DNA of 64,000 nt from a bacterium. GTDB lineage: Bacteria > Armatimonadota > Zipacnadia > Zipacnadales > UBA11051. This document shows positions 28,915 through 38,938 of the stretch, piece by piece. The stretch spans positions 86,853-150,852 of the forward strand of contig JAUVVY010000004.1 of assembly GCA_030604405.1 (NCBI GenBank), written 5' to 3'. The notes beneath the pieces are model-generated. The model was not told the DNA's origin. It did not search any database and saw nothing but the letters and a program-made list of their open reading frames with translations. Both the position numbers and the translations under genes were made by a program. The stretch's first letter is position 1, and each line of letters opens with the position of its first letter.

Positions 28915-30027
28915 TCAGAGCCCTTCCACAGCGGCTGCCACATCGGCTTCGCTGACGGTGCCAGCCAACCCTTCTGCATCTGTGACCAGCAGGTAATCCT
29001 TTTGTTTGCGCATCATCAGTTGCAATGCTTCGATGGCGCTGGCGCCGATGCTGATGAAGTCGGCTTCTGGGTCCAGAGAATTCATGATCTGGTGCACCGG
29101 CAAGTACGGCCAGTTCCCCGGGTCAACGCCTCGGACGCTGTCCAGGCGCAGTATCCCTACTACCTCATGGCCATGAACTACCGGCAGGGCGGTGAGCCGA
29201 TAGGGCGCGAAGTAATTATCAACAACGTACTGCACCGGCCAGGTGGCGTCCACCAACACACGCGCAGGTCTCATTAAGTGGCCTACTGTCACTCCCTGCA
29301 GCATCACCTGGAGTCGTACGCTCTGAAAGGCGTTGGCTGCGACCACCGTAAGCAGCCATCCCAGGCCGAGAGTATATAGGCCGAAGATGTTGCCGGTCAC
29401 CAGTAGCATAAACAAGCCCAGCCCCATCAGCAGATAGCCGAAGGCTTTGCCCAGAATTGTCGCTATCCGCGTGCTGTTGAGCAAATCGTCCGTCAGATAC
29501 CAGATACACGCGCGCAGCACTCGTCCGCCGTCGAGTGGGAAGGCCGGTACCATGTTGAAACCGGCCAGCCACAGGTTCAACATGCCATTGAATTGAAATA
29601 CTCCGGCCCAGATCGGTGCCGCCGAAGCTTGCCCAATAGCCCACCCGATCCCGTATGAAACGCCGCTCACCGCTACGCTAGTCAGAGGCCCGATGATCGC
29701 AATCCACAACTCCGAGAGTGCGGTTTTCGGCTCGCCCTCGCTCTGCGCCACACCGCCGAAGATGAACAACGTTATTCGCGAAACTCCCAGCCCGTATCGC
29801 CGTGCGATCAGCGAGTGCGAAACCTCGTGCACCAGCACCGACACGAAAAGCAGTATAGTGGCGGCAAGTGCGGCGGTCCAATGCTGCCACGCACGCGCTT
29901 GTGGGAAGCCTTCCGGGAAATGGCCGCTGCCCAGGCTGGCCAGGAAGATGCCAAAAATGATCAGCCACGATGAGTTTATCTCGATAGCGATACCGGCGAC
30001 GGTACCGATGCGCCAGCCGCGCAACAT
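28915..30027 (-). CDS. site-2 protease family (M50) zinc metallopeptidase with C-terminal CBS pair
   Basis: HEVSHSL (HExxH) inside a TM helix, multiple TM segments, CBS-like C-terminus. Confidence 0.75.
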   Translation of the reverse strand: MLRGWRIGTVAGIAIEINSSWLIIFGIFLASLGSGHFPEGFPQARAWQHWTAALAATILLFVSVLVHEVSHSLIARRYGLGVSRITLFIFGGVAQSEGEPKTALSELWIAIIGPLTSVAVSGVSYGIGWAIGQASAAPIWAGVFQFNGMLNLWLAGFNMVPAFPLDGGRVLRACIWYLTDDLLNSTRIATILGKAFGYLLMGLGLFMLLVTGNIFGLYTLGLGWLLTVVAANAFQSVRLQVMLQGVTVGHLMRPARVLVDATWPVQYVVDNYFAPYRLTALPVVHGHEVVGILRLDSVRGVDPGNWPYLPVHQIMNSLDPEADFISIGASAIEALQLMMRKQKDYLLVTDAEGLAGTVSEADVAAAVEGL

Positions 30028-30209
30028 GCGTTCTCCCTTTACCTACTCCAATACTGTCGAGCTGGTCGCCGACGCGCCACAGCCGCTACGACGACGATGC
30101 GAAGGCTGATCTACGCGACAACAGTGGGTTTCACAGTATGCTTCGACACAATATGACGACAGGCCTGCCTGTATTGTTCTCTGTGTGGGCCTGTGCTATA
30201 CTCCGCCTG

Positions 30210-30599
30210 ATGGCACCACTAGCAAACACAGCCTCTGGTCGTTGGTACATGATACCAGTAATCGCACTGGCCGTGGCCCTCATTTGTGCGAGTGGGTGCG
30301 GGCCCCGCTACCCCGCCGGCAGCATTGATGATCTATTCGTCACCAACAAGCGCTACAATATTGATAAGGACAAAGGGATCGTCCGGGTCTTTGCGCAGCT
30401 TGAGAATACCGGCGCAGGTCTGATCAGGGAAGTCAAGATGGAGGCCGTTCTGCTCAGCGCCGATGGTGACAAGCGCGGCACCAATAATGTGGTCCTGAAA
30501 GACATCAAGCCGGGCGAGAAGCGCAACTTTTCGATCGTTGTCACCAGTCACAGTCGGGGCCACAAGGTAGAGATTGTGGCCAAGGAAGTCGAGAAGTAG
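30210..30599 (+). CDS. lipoprotein, hypothetical
   Basis: Lipobox ALICASGCG. Start uncertain; candidates are 30138, 30210 and 30249. Confidence 0.4.
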   Translation: MAPLANTASGRWYMIPVIALAVALICASGCGPRYPAGSIDDLFVTNKRYNIDKDKGIVRVFAQLENTGAGLIREVKMEAVLLSADGDKRGTNNVVLKDIKPGEKRNFSIVVTSHSRGHKVEIVAKEVEK

Positions 30600-30760
30600 A
30601 AATGCACCGTCCCCCGGACACGAAGAATTAATCCCAAACCAAGAGGTCGGGCCCGGTCTATGAAGAATATACCTGCCGGTGACTGTCGCCGACGGGTCTT
30701 TTGTCGCACCTGACACGGGATCACGAGGGCGCGATCCGGGCAAATGTCGAGGTACACGTA

Positions 30761-31729
30761 ATGGCCGAAAGATTGACGGCAGCCGTAATCGGAGCTTCCG
30801 GAATCGGCAAGCATCACGCCAAGTGGCTTAATAATCTGGGCTGCGATGTGGCGGCCTTTGTCGGAACCACCCCGGATTCAGTCCAGACTACCGGCGAAAT
30901 GTTGCGTAACGACCTCGGCATTGATGCCGTCGGCTATATAGATGCAGGCGATATGCTCAAACAGGTCGAGCCGGCGATAGTCAACATCTGCGGGCCGCCG
31001 GAGTTTCACTACGTGCACTTCATGGCGGCTGCTCCCAGGAACTGCCACATCATGTGCGAGAAGCCGCTGACCTGGGACCAAGACAAGAGCCTCGACCAGC
31101 TTCTGCTCGAAGCGCGTGAAATGGCTGAATATGGCAGCATTGACGAAGTCCACGCCATCAACACGCAATACACTGCAGCTCCGGCCGCATACTACGCCCT
31201 CTGCGAGCAAATTGGGCTCGATGCCGGTCCCCCTGAGAAGTTCTTCATGCAGATGGACTCCCGGAACACCAACAAGATATACGACCGCGTTTGGGTGGAC
31301 CTGGCGAGTCATCCGCTGAGCGTCCTGACGGTCTTTTGCGGCAACGGGCGGATAGTGCCCGGCAGCGAGGATGTTGTTATCAGCGAGAAAGAGGTCGTGG
31401 CGCGGTTCTTATATCAGCCGGCTGGGGGGCCTGTGTGCCAAGCTGAGATACTCGTGCGCGCCTGGTGCACTGAAGAGTTAGTCCGCAGGTTCGGTATCAA
31501 TGATCTGATCGCCGATTGCGAGGGCCGAAACGACGAAAACGGCGTATTCCGCACCTACCTGACGCTCGACGGGCTCGAGGCCGAGAGCGACGACTTCATG
31601 TATGTCTCGCTGAGCCGCTTTGTGGCGGCGATACGCAAACAGACGCCCGGCCCGCTGGCAGGTATTGCGGATGGGTACGCAAATCAAGAGATGCAGTTTG
31701 CCTTGCTTAAATCAGCAAGGAGAGAATAG
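30761..31729 (+). CDS. Gfo/Idh/MocA family oxidoreductase
   Basis: MAERLTAAVIGASGIGKHH, CEKPL motifs. Start at internal Met21. Confidence 0.7.
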   Translation: MAERLTAAVIGASGIGKHHAKWLNNLGCDVAAFVGTTPDSVQTTGEMLRNDLGIDAVGYIDAGDMLKQVEPAIVNICGPPEFHYVHFMAAAPRNCHIMCEKPLTWDQDKSLDQLLLEAREMAEYGSIDEVHAINTQYTAAPAAYYALCEQIGLDAGPPEKFFMQMDSRNTNKIYDRVWVDLASHPLSVLTVFCGNGRIVPGSEDVVISEKEVVARFLYQPAGGPVCQAEILVRAWCTEELVRRFGINDLIADCEGRNDENGVFRTYLTLDGLEAESDDFMYVSLSRFVAAIRKQTPGPLAGIADGYANQEMQFALLKSARRE

Positions 31730-31764
31730 ATCAACTTATTTGTGCAAACATTCGGAGGTGCAGT

Positions 31765-33024
31765 TTGATGGACGAGTCCGCGTCCTACAATGCCAGAGAA
31801 GTAGCCGTGCAGCAATTGGTGGAGGCCGCAAGCCGTATTGATGTGCGTGATTCAATCGTAGAGAAGTTGAAGCATCCCAAGCGCATCCTGCAAGTGAGCA
31901 TCCCTACCAGGATGGATGATAACAGCTTCGAGGTGTTCACCGGCTATCGCGTCCAGCACAATGTGGACCGTGGTCCGGCCAAGGGTGGCCTCCGCTACCA
32001 CCCGCAGGTGACGATGGACGAGGTTGTGGCTCTGGCAATGTGGATGACCTGGAAGTGCGCAGTGGTCAACATCCCCTACGGCGGTGCCAAGGGCGGCGTC
32101 GTTTGCAATCCCAAGGAGATGTCGCTGGGCGAGTTGGAGCGCATGACTCGGCGCTTCACTTCCGAATTGATAGACTTCATCGGGCCGGAAAAGGACATCC
32201 CCGCGCCCGACGTCTATACCAACCCGCAGACAATGGCGTGGATTCTTGATACCTATAGCATGAACAAGGGCCATCTCATCCCTGCCGTCGTAACCGGCAA
32301 GCCGGTGGAGGTCGGTGGTTCGCTTGGCCGCAATGAGGCCACCGGCCGCGGCTGCGCATTCGTCGCCCGCGAAGCTCTCAAGACGCAGGGCATGGATATC
32401 AACGGCGCTACAGTCGCGGTTCAGGGCTTCGGCAACGCCGGCTCGGTGGCCGCAAAGGTGCTCGAGGAAATGGGGGCCAAGACTATCGCTGTTTCTGACT
32501 CCCGTGGCGGCATCTACTGTGAAGCCGGTCTGGATACCGGAGCTGCCATCGAGCACAAAGCCGACACCGGCGCTGTGTCAGGCTTTGAGGGATGCGACGA
32601 GATCACCAACGAAGAGCTGCTGGCGCTCGAGTGTGACGTGCTCGTCCCCGCCGCTCTGGAGAATACCATCACCGCTGACAACGCCGACGCTGTCAGGGCG
32701 AAGATCATTACCGAGGCCGCCAACGGGCCTACCACCCCGGAAGCTCAAGCCATACTCGACGAAAAAGGCATCTTCGTGGTCCCCGATATTCTCGCCAACG
32801 CCGGCGGCGTCACTGTCTCCTACTTCGAGTGGATACAGGGCAGCCAGATGTTCTTCTGGGCCGAAGATGAGGTCAATAGCCGCCTCGAAACCATTATGGT
32901 CAACTCCTACTGCGGCGTGCGCGCCGAAGCGAAAAGAGGCAATTGGAACATGCGCGACGCCGCGTTCAACGTCGCTGTCGACAGAGTCGCCAAGGCCGTC
33001 GAACTGCGCGGTATCTACCCCTAA
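31765..33024 (+). CDS. gdhA: NAD(P)-dependent glutamate dehydrogenase
   Basis: GGAKGG, GPAKGGLRYHP, QGFGNAGS motifs. 419 aa. Confidence 0.9.
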   Translation: MMDESASYNAREVAVQQLVEAASRIDVRDSIVEKLKHPKRILQVSIPTRMDDNSFEVFTGYRVQHNVDRGPAKGGLRYHPQVTMDEVVALAMWMTWKCAVVNIPYGGAKGGVVCNPKEMSLGELERMTRRFTSELIDFIGPEKDIPAPDVYTNPQTMAWILDTYSMNKGHLIPAVVTGKPVEVGGSLGRNEATGRGCAFVAREALKTQGMDINGATVAVQGFGNAGSVAAKVLEEMGAKTIAVSDSRGGIYCEAGLDTGAAIEHKADTGAVSGFEGCDEITNEELLALECDVLVPAALENTITADNADAVRAKIITEAANGPTTPEAQAILDEKGIFVVPDILANAGGVTVSYFEWIQGSQMFFWAEDEVNSRLETIMVNSYCGVRAEAKRGNWNMRDAAFNVAVDRVAKAVELRGIYP

Positions 33025-33125
33025 GGCGCTGATGTTGTGAGCGGAAGTCCCGCGCGGCCACGGGCCTGACGAATGGCTGCGCCCGTGGATATACACAGTT
33101 GTACGCAATGCGAGAGGTGGGAGAG

Positions 33126-33743
33126 ATGCTTCGACCCGTAAGCGGATTTACGCTGGTCGAGGTGTTAGTGGTCATCGCCATCATCATCGTCCTGGCGGCG
33201 ATGCTGCTGCCTGTGTATGAGATGGCGACCAAGCGCGCTGAGGCGACGTCTTGTCTCAGCAACATGCGCAACATTGGCATCGCGGCCCGGATATACGCCG
33301 ATGATAACGATGATGGGATAGTACCCGCGCGGGTCTCTGGTGCCCCGGCGGGCTATTTCGGTATCGGCTGGGCACTACTGCTGCAGCCCTACATGCGCAA
33401 CGAGTTGATACTTATCTGTATCTCTGATCCTAACCCCACCGTGGCGATCGGCACCTATGGAGTAAAATGCAGCTATGGCATCAACTATGAGGTTGCCATG
33501 GTCGGCGGCTATAACAATTCATCGCTGTACCTCGCCAATATCAGTGACCCGACCCAGGTCATACTCTTCTTCGGAATCGACTCCAGCCTGCATCGTCTCG
33601 GCATCTCGTACACCGATAGCGGGCTGTCGGCAGTGGCTCCCAGACACCGCAACGGCACCAACTATGCCTTCGTGGACAGCCACGCCAGGTGGCTGCGCCC
33701 TGAGCAGACCATCAGCCCCAAGAGCCTCTGGTCGCCGCAGTAG
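33126..33743 (+). CDS. prepilin-type N-terminal cleavage/methylation domain protein with DUF1559 (H-X9-DG) C-terminus
   Basis: GFTLVEVLVVIAIIIVLAAMLLPV, C-terminal HRNGTNYAFVDSH. RBS gaggtgggagag. This protein class is a Planctomycetes hallmark. Confidence 0.75.
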   Translation: MLRPVSGFTLVEVLVVIAIIIVLAAMLLPVYEMATKRAEATSCLSNMRNIGIAARIYADDNDDGIVPARVSGAPAGYFGIGWALLLQPYMRNELILICISDPNPTVAIGTYGVKCSYGINYEVAMVGGYNNSSLYLANISDPTQVILFFGIDSSLHRLGISYTDSGLSAVAPRHRNGTNYAFVDSHARWLRPEQTISPKSLWSPQ

Positions 33744-33763
33744 CGCTGCGCGGTCTCGATAGT

Positions 33764-34594
33764 TCACCTCTGCATGAAGGCTTCCTCGATGATACTGCCC
33801 GTCCAGCCGGGTGGTATCGGCAGCCCCATCGCGTGTGCAACCGTCGGCGAGGTGTCGTGTATCGTGACATCGCAGTTGACTTCTCGGCCAGCTTGTATCC
33901 CCGGCCCAGAAACAATCCACGGTATTGTCATATCTTCCGGTATATCTTTTCCGTGGCTCCGCTCATGGCCCCCGTGATCGGCCAGGACCGCTGTTATCGT
34001 CTCGCCGAAAGCGCCGACCTCTCTCAGGGCCTCGATCACCATACCGATGGCGATATCGGCAGTTTCTATGGCCGCCACGTACTCATCCGACATCCAGTCG
34101 TGCGCGTGGCCGTCGGAGTCAACTTGGTTGAGGTGAACGAAGAAGAAATCCGGGTTTTCTTGCCGCACAATACGCGCCACTGAGGTGCCTGCTGCGACGT
34201 CGTCACTCAGGTAATGTGGGTCGAAATCAAATATGTCCACCGTGCCCGGTCTGGGGATAGGCTCAAATGGCTGCCAGCCGAAAACCATCGCGGTTCTCAG
34301 GCCCTTTTGTTTGCACAGATCAAAGATCGTGGGCACCTTGTAGGCATAGTTTTCGGGCCAGCTATTGGAGGTGATACCGTGTGTTGCGGGCTTTACGCCC
34401 CAAAAAAGCGAACAATGAGGCGGCAGGCTGACGCATGGTGAGACAGTCTGCGCCTGCCAGGTGTACGCGCCGTTTTGCCATAGCGCGTCAATGTGAGGGG
34501 TGTCGGCCTCGGCCAGACCGTCGGGCCGGCAGCCATCAATGACTACGATCATTGCTTTCTTCGCGAGACCCACAAACGATCCCCCTTTAAGCAT
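33764..34594 (-). CDS. alkaline-phosphatase-family protein (nucleotide pyrophosphatase/phosphodiesterase-like)
   Basis: MIVVIDGCRPDGL, DHGGHERSHG motifs. Start moved to internal MLKGGSF; the track N-extension overlaps the neighbouring gene. Confidence 0.6.
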   Translation of the reverse strand: MLKGGSFVGLAKKAMIVVIDGCRPDGLAEADTPHIDALWQNGAYTWQAQTVSPCVSLPPHCSLFWGVKPATHGITSNSWPENYAYKVPTIFDLCKQKGLRTAMVFGWQPFEPIPRPGTVDIFDFDPHYLSDDVAAGTSVARIVRQENPDFFFVHLNQVDSDGHAHDWMSDEYVAAIETADIAIGMVIEALREVGAFGETITAVLADHGGHERSHGKDIPEDMTIPWIVSGPGIQAGREVNCDVTIHDTSPTVAHAMGLPIPPGWTGSIIEEAFMQR

Positions 34595-35819
34595 TCTCGG
34601 CAACTTTGTGCACGATGTCGGCCATGTCCTGTATATCCTGTTCAGTGAAGTACTGGTTGACCCACAGGCACGCCATCTCATCGAGCGCCTTCTCAGCCTC
34701 CGGGCAATAGCCTGGCTCGTAGGGGACCTCGTGGCCGCTGCCGTACTCCTGCGAGTCGAACGGGAACAGTGTGTCGCCATAGATTTGCTTGCGGCGCAGC
34801 GCCTCGTACATGAAGATGGGATAGCCGATGTAGCCGGCGCTGCATGGCCCGCCCTCGGCTCTGACGGCCTCCGCGAAACGCTCGTTGCTCATCCCGAACT
34901 GCTCTTCGTCTATTCGCAGCGCGAACAGCCAGTAGGTGTGCAGGCCGTCCGGCTGGGTTATCGGCGGCGTCAGGCCGGGGATGCCCTGCAATTTCTCGGT
35001 GAGCAGGTCACCTGCCCAGTTATGCGCGGCGGTGATGCGGTCGAGTTTGCGCAACTGCGCCAGGCCCACCGCCGCGGTTAGCTCGGTCATCCGGTAGCAG
35101 AAACCGAACAGCGGATAGTCGCGAGCGCCCCTGGCAGAGTAGTTGGGCCAGCCCTTATTGGCAAACAGGTGAATCCGCTCGCCAAGCTCATCATCATCGG
35201 TTATCGTCAGCCCGCCATCACCGGTGGTGATATGTTTGCTCTGCTGCAGCGAAAAGGCCCCGATGTGGCCGATGCTACCACACCGGCGGCCCCTGTACAT
35301 CGTACCGTAGGCTTGTGAGGTGTCCTCGATAACGTAGAGGTCGTGCTGCTTGGCAATGGCCACGATCGCGTCCATGTCACAGGGGTTGCCGAAGAGGTGC
35401 ACCGGGATGATGCCGGCCGTGCGGTCAGTTATGCGCTCTTCGATGGAGGCGGGAGAGACGTTGTAAGTGTCGGGGTCAATATCAGCGAATACCGGGATGC
35501 AGTTCTGCCCCAGGATTGCGATTATCGTGCCCATGTCGGTGATCGGCGCGGTGATCAACTCATCGCATGGATTGGGGTTGATACCACCCACTGCAACATG
35601 CAAGGCAGATGTCCCCGAGGTGCTGGCGGTGCAGTGTTTTACCCCGTAGTGATGAGCAAACCGGGCTTCGAACTGTGGTACCTTCTCGCCGCCGTAGAGG
35701 CAAAGCTGCCTCGATTCGATGACCTCAGCGACCAGTGCGAGTTCTTCTTCACCGATGTCCTTGCCGCTCGGGAACGGCTCGGTACGTAGCGGCGTGCCGC
35801 CATCAATTGCCAGCTTCAT
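34587..35819 (-). CDS. DegT/DnrJ/EryC1/StrS family PLP-dependent aminotransferase
   Basis: SLQQSKHITTGDGG (PLP-lysine region), HLFG. Start at internal MKLAIDGGTP with RBS ggggg. Confidence 0.75.
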   Translation of the reverse strand: MKLAIDGGTPLRTEPFPSGKDIGEEELALVAEVIESRQLCLYGGEKVPQFEARFAHHYGVKHCTASTSGTSALHVAVGGINPNPCDELITAPITDMGTIIAILGQNCIPVFADIDPDTYNVSPASIEERITDRTAGIIPVHLFGNPCDMDAIVAIAKQHDLYVIEDTSQAYGTMYRGRRCGSIGHIGAFSLQQSKHITTGDGGLTITDDDELGERIHLFANKGWPNYSARGARDYPLFGFCYRMTELTAAVGLAQLRKLDRITAAHNWAGDLLTEKLQGIPGLTPPITQPDGLHTYWLFALRIDEEQFGMSNERFAEAVRAEGGPCSAGYIGYPIFMYEALRRKQIYGDTLFPFDSQEYGSGHEVPYEPGYCPEAEKALDEMACLWVNQYFTEQDIQDMADIVHKVAENA

Positions 35820-35949
35820 CCCGAGACCCCCTATTCCATCATTCGCGTGGGTTCGTCTTCCGGCCCGATGCCACTGCCTCAAAGACAAACGAGCCGTTCG
35901 CATTACTTGCGACACGGCCCGCAGATGTCAACTTGGTTTGTAGCTCTTC

Positions 35950-36336
35950 TTACTCTGTCGGCTCACTGGTTGCTTGCAGAATGCGGTCAATTATCAGCAG
36001 CAGCTCATCAAAGCTAAAGGGCTTGGAGTGGTACCACGTGGCCCCTAGCTGCCAGCCCCGGGCCTTCTCTGCGTCGCGGTTGTGCGCTGTGAGTACCAGT
36101 ACCGGAATATCGGCCTTTTCCGGGTCCTGCTGCAACATGCGCAGTACGTCCCAGCCGTTGAGCCGCGGCATGGTGATGTCGAGGATGATCAGGTCGGGCG
36201 TTATTTCCTCAAGCTTCTCCAGTGCCTCAATGCCATCATAGGCGGCATGAAACTCATAGCCCAATTCGGTCAGATAGATCTCGGCGGATCTGACCAGATC
36301 TCTTTCGTCATCCACAAAAAGAATTGAGTATGCCAT
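35950..36336 (-). CDS. single-domain response regulator (CheY-like receiver)
   Basis: ILFVDDE, ...DLIILDITMP, LTA...KP receiver motifs. 128 aa. Confidence 0.85.
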   Translation of the reverse strand: MAYSILFVDDERDLVRSAEIYLTELGYEFHAAYDGIEALEKLEEITPDLIILDITMPRLNGWDVLRMLQQDPEKADIPVLVLTAHNRDAEKARGWQLGATWYHSKPFSFDELLLIIDRILQATSEPTE

Positions 36337-36514
36337 AGCTGCTCACCTTGGCGCTTTCGGGTTCGAGTTGTAAGCCTGCTAATCACACTTCTGTGCCCAC
36401 ACCATAACCGCGGCGGAGCTACTTGGTATCAGAAAACATTCGCGATAACTATACTATATTTCCCGCGCAGTGCCAAGTTCCTTCTTTTTCGTGTAAAGTG
36501 CAGCTCTTCTTACT

Positions 36515-37417
36515 TTACGTCATCCAGTGCTGACGGCGCCGGTCGTACACGAAGTTGCTTCCGCTCATCGTCTTGGCGTAGGCCTTCAACTCCGCCAGGA
36601 CCGCAGCGATATGTCCAGGATGGGTGATATCTTCCGCCTCGTTGGTCACCATCATGGCGCTGAGAGTGGTCAGTTCGAAGCTATCGTACTCGCCGGCGCG
36701 GTTGAGAGCGCGGAAATGGCCGTCGCGAAAATGTTCTTCACAAAAAAAACGCTCTTTGCCCTGCTCAAAGTTCTCAACCACCTCAGGGCCCAGAATTCCA
36801 GCCGACGAGACGGGAGCAGTCAAGAAGAAGTCGTCGCCGCCGAGGTGAGCGATGAACCAGTGCTCGGGGTGGTGGCGCGCCACTGCCTGCTCAATTAGCT
36901 GCTTTAGCCACAATATCATCTCATCGCCCTGCTGGTAGCCATAAATATCGTTATAGGGCTTGAAATTATCGAGATCAAACTGGATTACGGCAAGCGTCCC
37001 GCGCTGGGGCAGCCGGGCGGCGATCTCGCGCTGCAGCGCCGGACTGCCCGGCAGACCGGTCAGGGGGTTCACGGCCGCGTAGGCATGGACTGTATCCAAT
37101 ACCATGCGTGCCGCCGCCGCGATATTCTCCGGATCACATCCCGGGACATAGGCCTGAGCCGGGCCGGCTGCCGCAGCGTGATAAGCCGCCGGCTCATCCG
37201 ACCCGCCAGCGACCACCACCGGCGTGTGCAGCAGACCACTCTCAGCGATGAAAGTGTCCAGTGCCTGGGCAATATCGCAGCCCTCGGCAACGCGCAGCAC
37301 CACCACGTCGGCAGGCGGCTCATCGGCCACGCACAAGCCCCGCGTCGGGCAGATTGCCGAAAAGCGCGCTTGCCAATCGGGGTCGAAGTTGTGCAAATAT
37401 ACACGGCTGCTGAGCAT
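36515..37417 (-). CDS. diguanylate cyclase (GGDEF domain; active-site variant GGDDF) with degenerate receiver-like N-domain
   Basis: NPLTGLPG, DLDNFKPYNDIYGYQQGD, GGDDF motifs. Confidence 0.8.
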   Translation of the reverse strand: MLSSRVYLHNFDPDWQARFSAICPTRGLCVADEPPADVVVLRVAEGCDIAQALDTFIAESGLLHTPVVVAGGSDEPAAYHAAAAGPAQAYVPGCDPENIAAAARMVLDTVHAYAAVNPLTGLPGSPALQREIAARLPQRGTLAVIQFDLDNFKPYNDIYGYQQGDEMILWLKQLIEQAVARHHPEHWFIAHLGGDDFFLTAPVSSAGILGPEVVENFEQGKERFFCEEHFRDGHFRALNRAGEYDSFELTTLSAMMVTNEAEDITHPGHIAAVLAELKAYAKTMSGSNFVYDRRRQHWMT

Positions 37418-37490
37418 CGGCCTGTGCTCCGGTTGACAATATGTGGGCAGCGACGGTAAGATAGGTTGAGCTATCGGAGGCAGCTTTGCG

Positions 37491-37796
37491 ATGCAGTTCT
37501 TACTTCCCTTTGTCGGCGTTTTGGGCCTGGGCGGTGTCCTCGGCTACGGCGCTGCGACATTTCTTAAGACTGTTACCAAGCTGGTCGGTTGCATCATCGG
37601 GATCCTGTTCATCCTGATGCAACTACTGGCCTACTATGGTTTCGCCGAATGGCACTGGGATGCGCTGGGACATGCCGCCGGCCCTGCCTCGGCGGCGGCC
37701 AAATCGGGCTTCTCGGTGCTCTGGAAGGTCCTCACGTACAACCTGCCCTTCACCGGCGGCTTTGCGACCGGCTTCTGGTACGGCTGGAAGCATTGA
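37491..37796 (+). CDS. small Gly-rich membrane protein (FUN14-like)
   Basis: 101 aa, two or three TM helices, GxxxG-rich. Confidence 0.4.
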   Translation: MQFLLPFVGVLGLGGVLGYGAATFLKTVTKLVGCIIGILFILMQLLAYYGFAEWHWDALGHAAGPASAAAKSGFSVLWKVLTYNLPFTGGFATGFWYGWKH

Positions 37797-37827
37797 ACCC
37801 GCTGCCACATTCCGCTCTCGTAACCCC

Positions 37828-38871
37828 TTAGACCTTCACCTCTTTGCCGCGCTCGGAGGACTTGTAGATGCCGTCCAGGATGCGCTGGGTCATCAGCGCC
37901 TCCTCCCCCGGCACCGGCGACGGCTTGCCCTTGCGAATCGCCTCGGCGAACTGCCGGATCTCCTCGTGGTGCGAAGCGATGCCCCGGTCCGGGCTGACCT
38001 GCACTGTGGTATCTGTCAGCATCCCGGCTGCCTCGCGCACCAGCGTCGGCGGATTGTTCTGGATTCCGCCCTTGGTGCCTGCCAGAAACACGCCGTTGTT
38101 AGGCTGGGTTGAGTTTATCGCCCAGGAGGTTTCCAGCGTCAGCGAGGCGCCGTTTGCGAAGCGGATGAATCCGACCGCCAGCTCGTCAGGGACGGTGAAT
38201 TTCTTGGGATCGTGCGTCATGAGCGAGGGCTTGTTGGATATCTCCAGGTAGATGTTTGCTGACACGCTCACCGGCTCGGGGTGGCCCATCAGCCACATGC
38301 AAAGGTCGAGGATATGAACTGCCAGATCATAGGCAGGGCCGCCGGCGGAAAGCTCCCTGGAGATGAAGGTGCCCCAGGCCGGCACTCCGCGCGGGCGCAG
38401 ATACGATGCGCGGCCCCAATAGATGTCGCCCACCAGACCCTCGTCAACCCAGCGCTTCATGATCAGCGCATCTTCGCCGAAACGCATGCTCTGGGCCACC
38501 ATCAACAGCTTGCCGGCCTGCTTGCCCGCAGCTATCATCTGCCTGGCGTTAGCCACAGAAGTCGTTATTGGCTTTTCGACGATGACGTGACAGCCCCTCT
38601 TGAAGGCCGCTATCGTCGGGGCCTTGTGCACGCAGTTCGGGGTGCAGACGTCAACGATGTCCATCTCAACTTCTCTCAGCATCTTGCTGTAGTCGGTGTA
38701 CAGCCGGTCCTTGGCGATGCCGGCCAACTCGCCGCCCGTGGTCAGGGCCTGCTTGCTCACATCGGCGGCCGCTACGATCTCGGCGTCTTCTACCTCCTGC
38801 CACCCGGGTATGTGGCAGCCCTGCGCGATGCCGCCCACGCCTACAATACCGACCCTGAGCTTCTTAGCCAT
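37828..38871 (-). CDS. Gfo/Idh/MocA family oxidoreductase
   Basis: MAKKLRVGIVGVGGIAQ, VEKPI motifs. Start moved to the internal Met because the track N-extension lies inside the MITE-like element. Confidence 0.8.
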   Translation of the reverse strand: MAKKLRVGIVGVGGIAQGCHIPGWQEVEDAEIVAAADVSKQALTTGGELAGIAKDRLYTDYSKMLREVEMDIVDVCTPNCVHKAPTIAAFKRGCHVIVEKPITTSVANARQMIAAGKQAGKLLMVAQSMRFGEDALIMKRWVDEGLVGDIYWGRASYLRPRGVPAWGTFISRELSAGGPAYDLAVHILDLCMWLMGHPEPVSVSANIYLEISNKPSLMTHDPKKFTVPDELAVGFIRFANGASLTLETSWAINSTQPNNGVFLAGTKGGIQNNPPTLVREAAGMLTDTTVQVSPDRGIASHHEEIRQFAEAIRKGKPSPVPGEEALMTQRILDGIYKSSERGKEVKV

Positions 38872-38938
38872 CAGTAAAGCCTCCCTGAATTGGTCTGTTC
38901 TTACGTCACAAGCAGTCCTTCGTGGAGTCGGGCTGGAA

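Noticed and set aside
33764-34780. Full-length 338-aa track ORF for the alkaline-phosphatase-family gene
   Set aside because: The first 62 aa overlap the end of the upstream gene and are Arg/Ser/Thr-rich junk. The start is reassigned to MLKGGSF.
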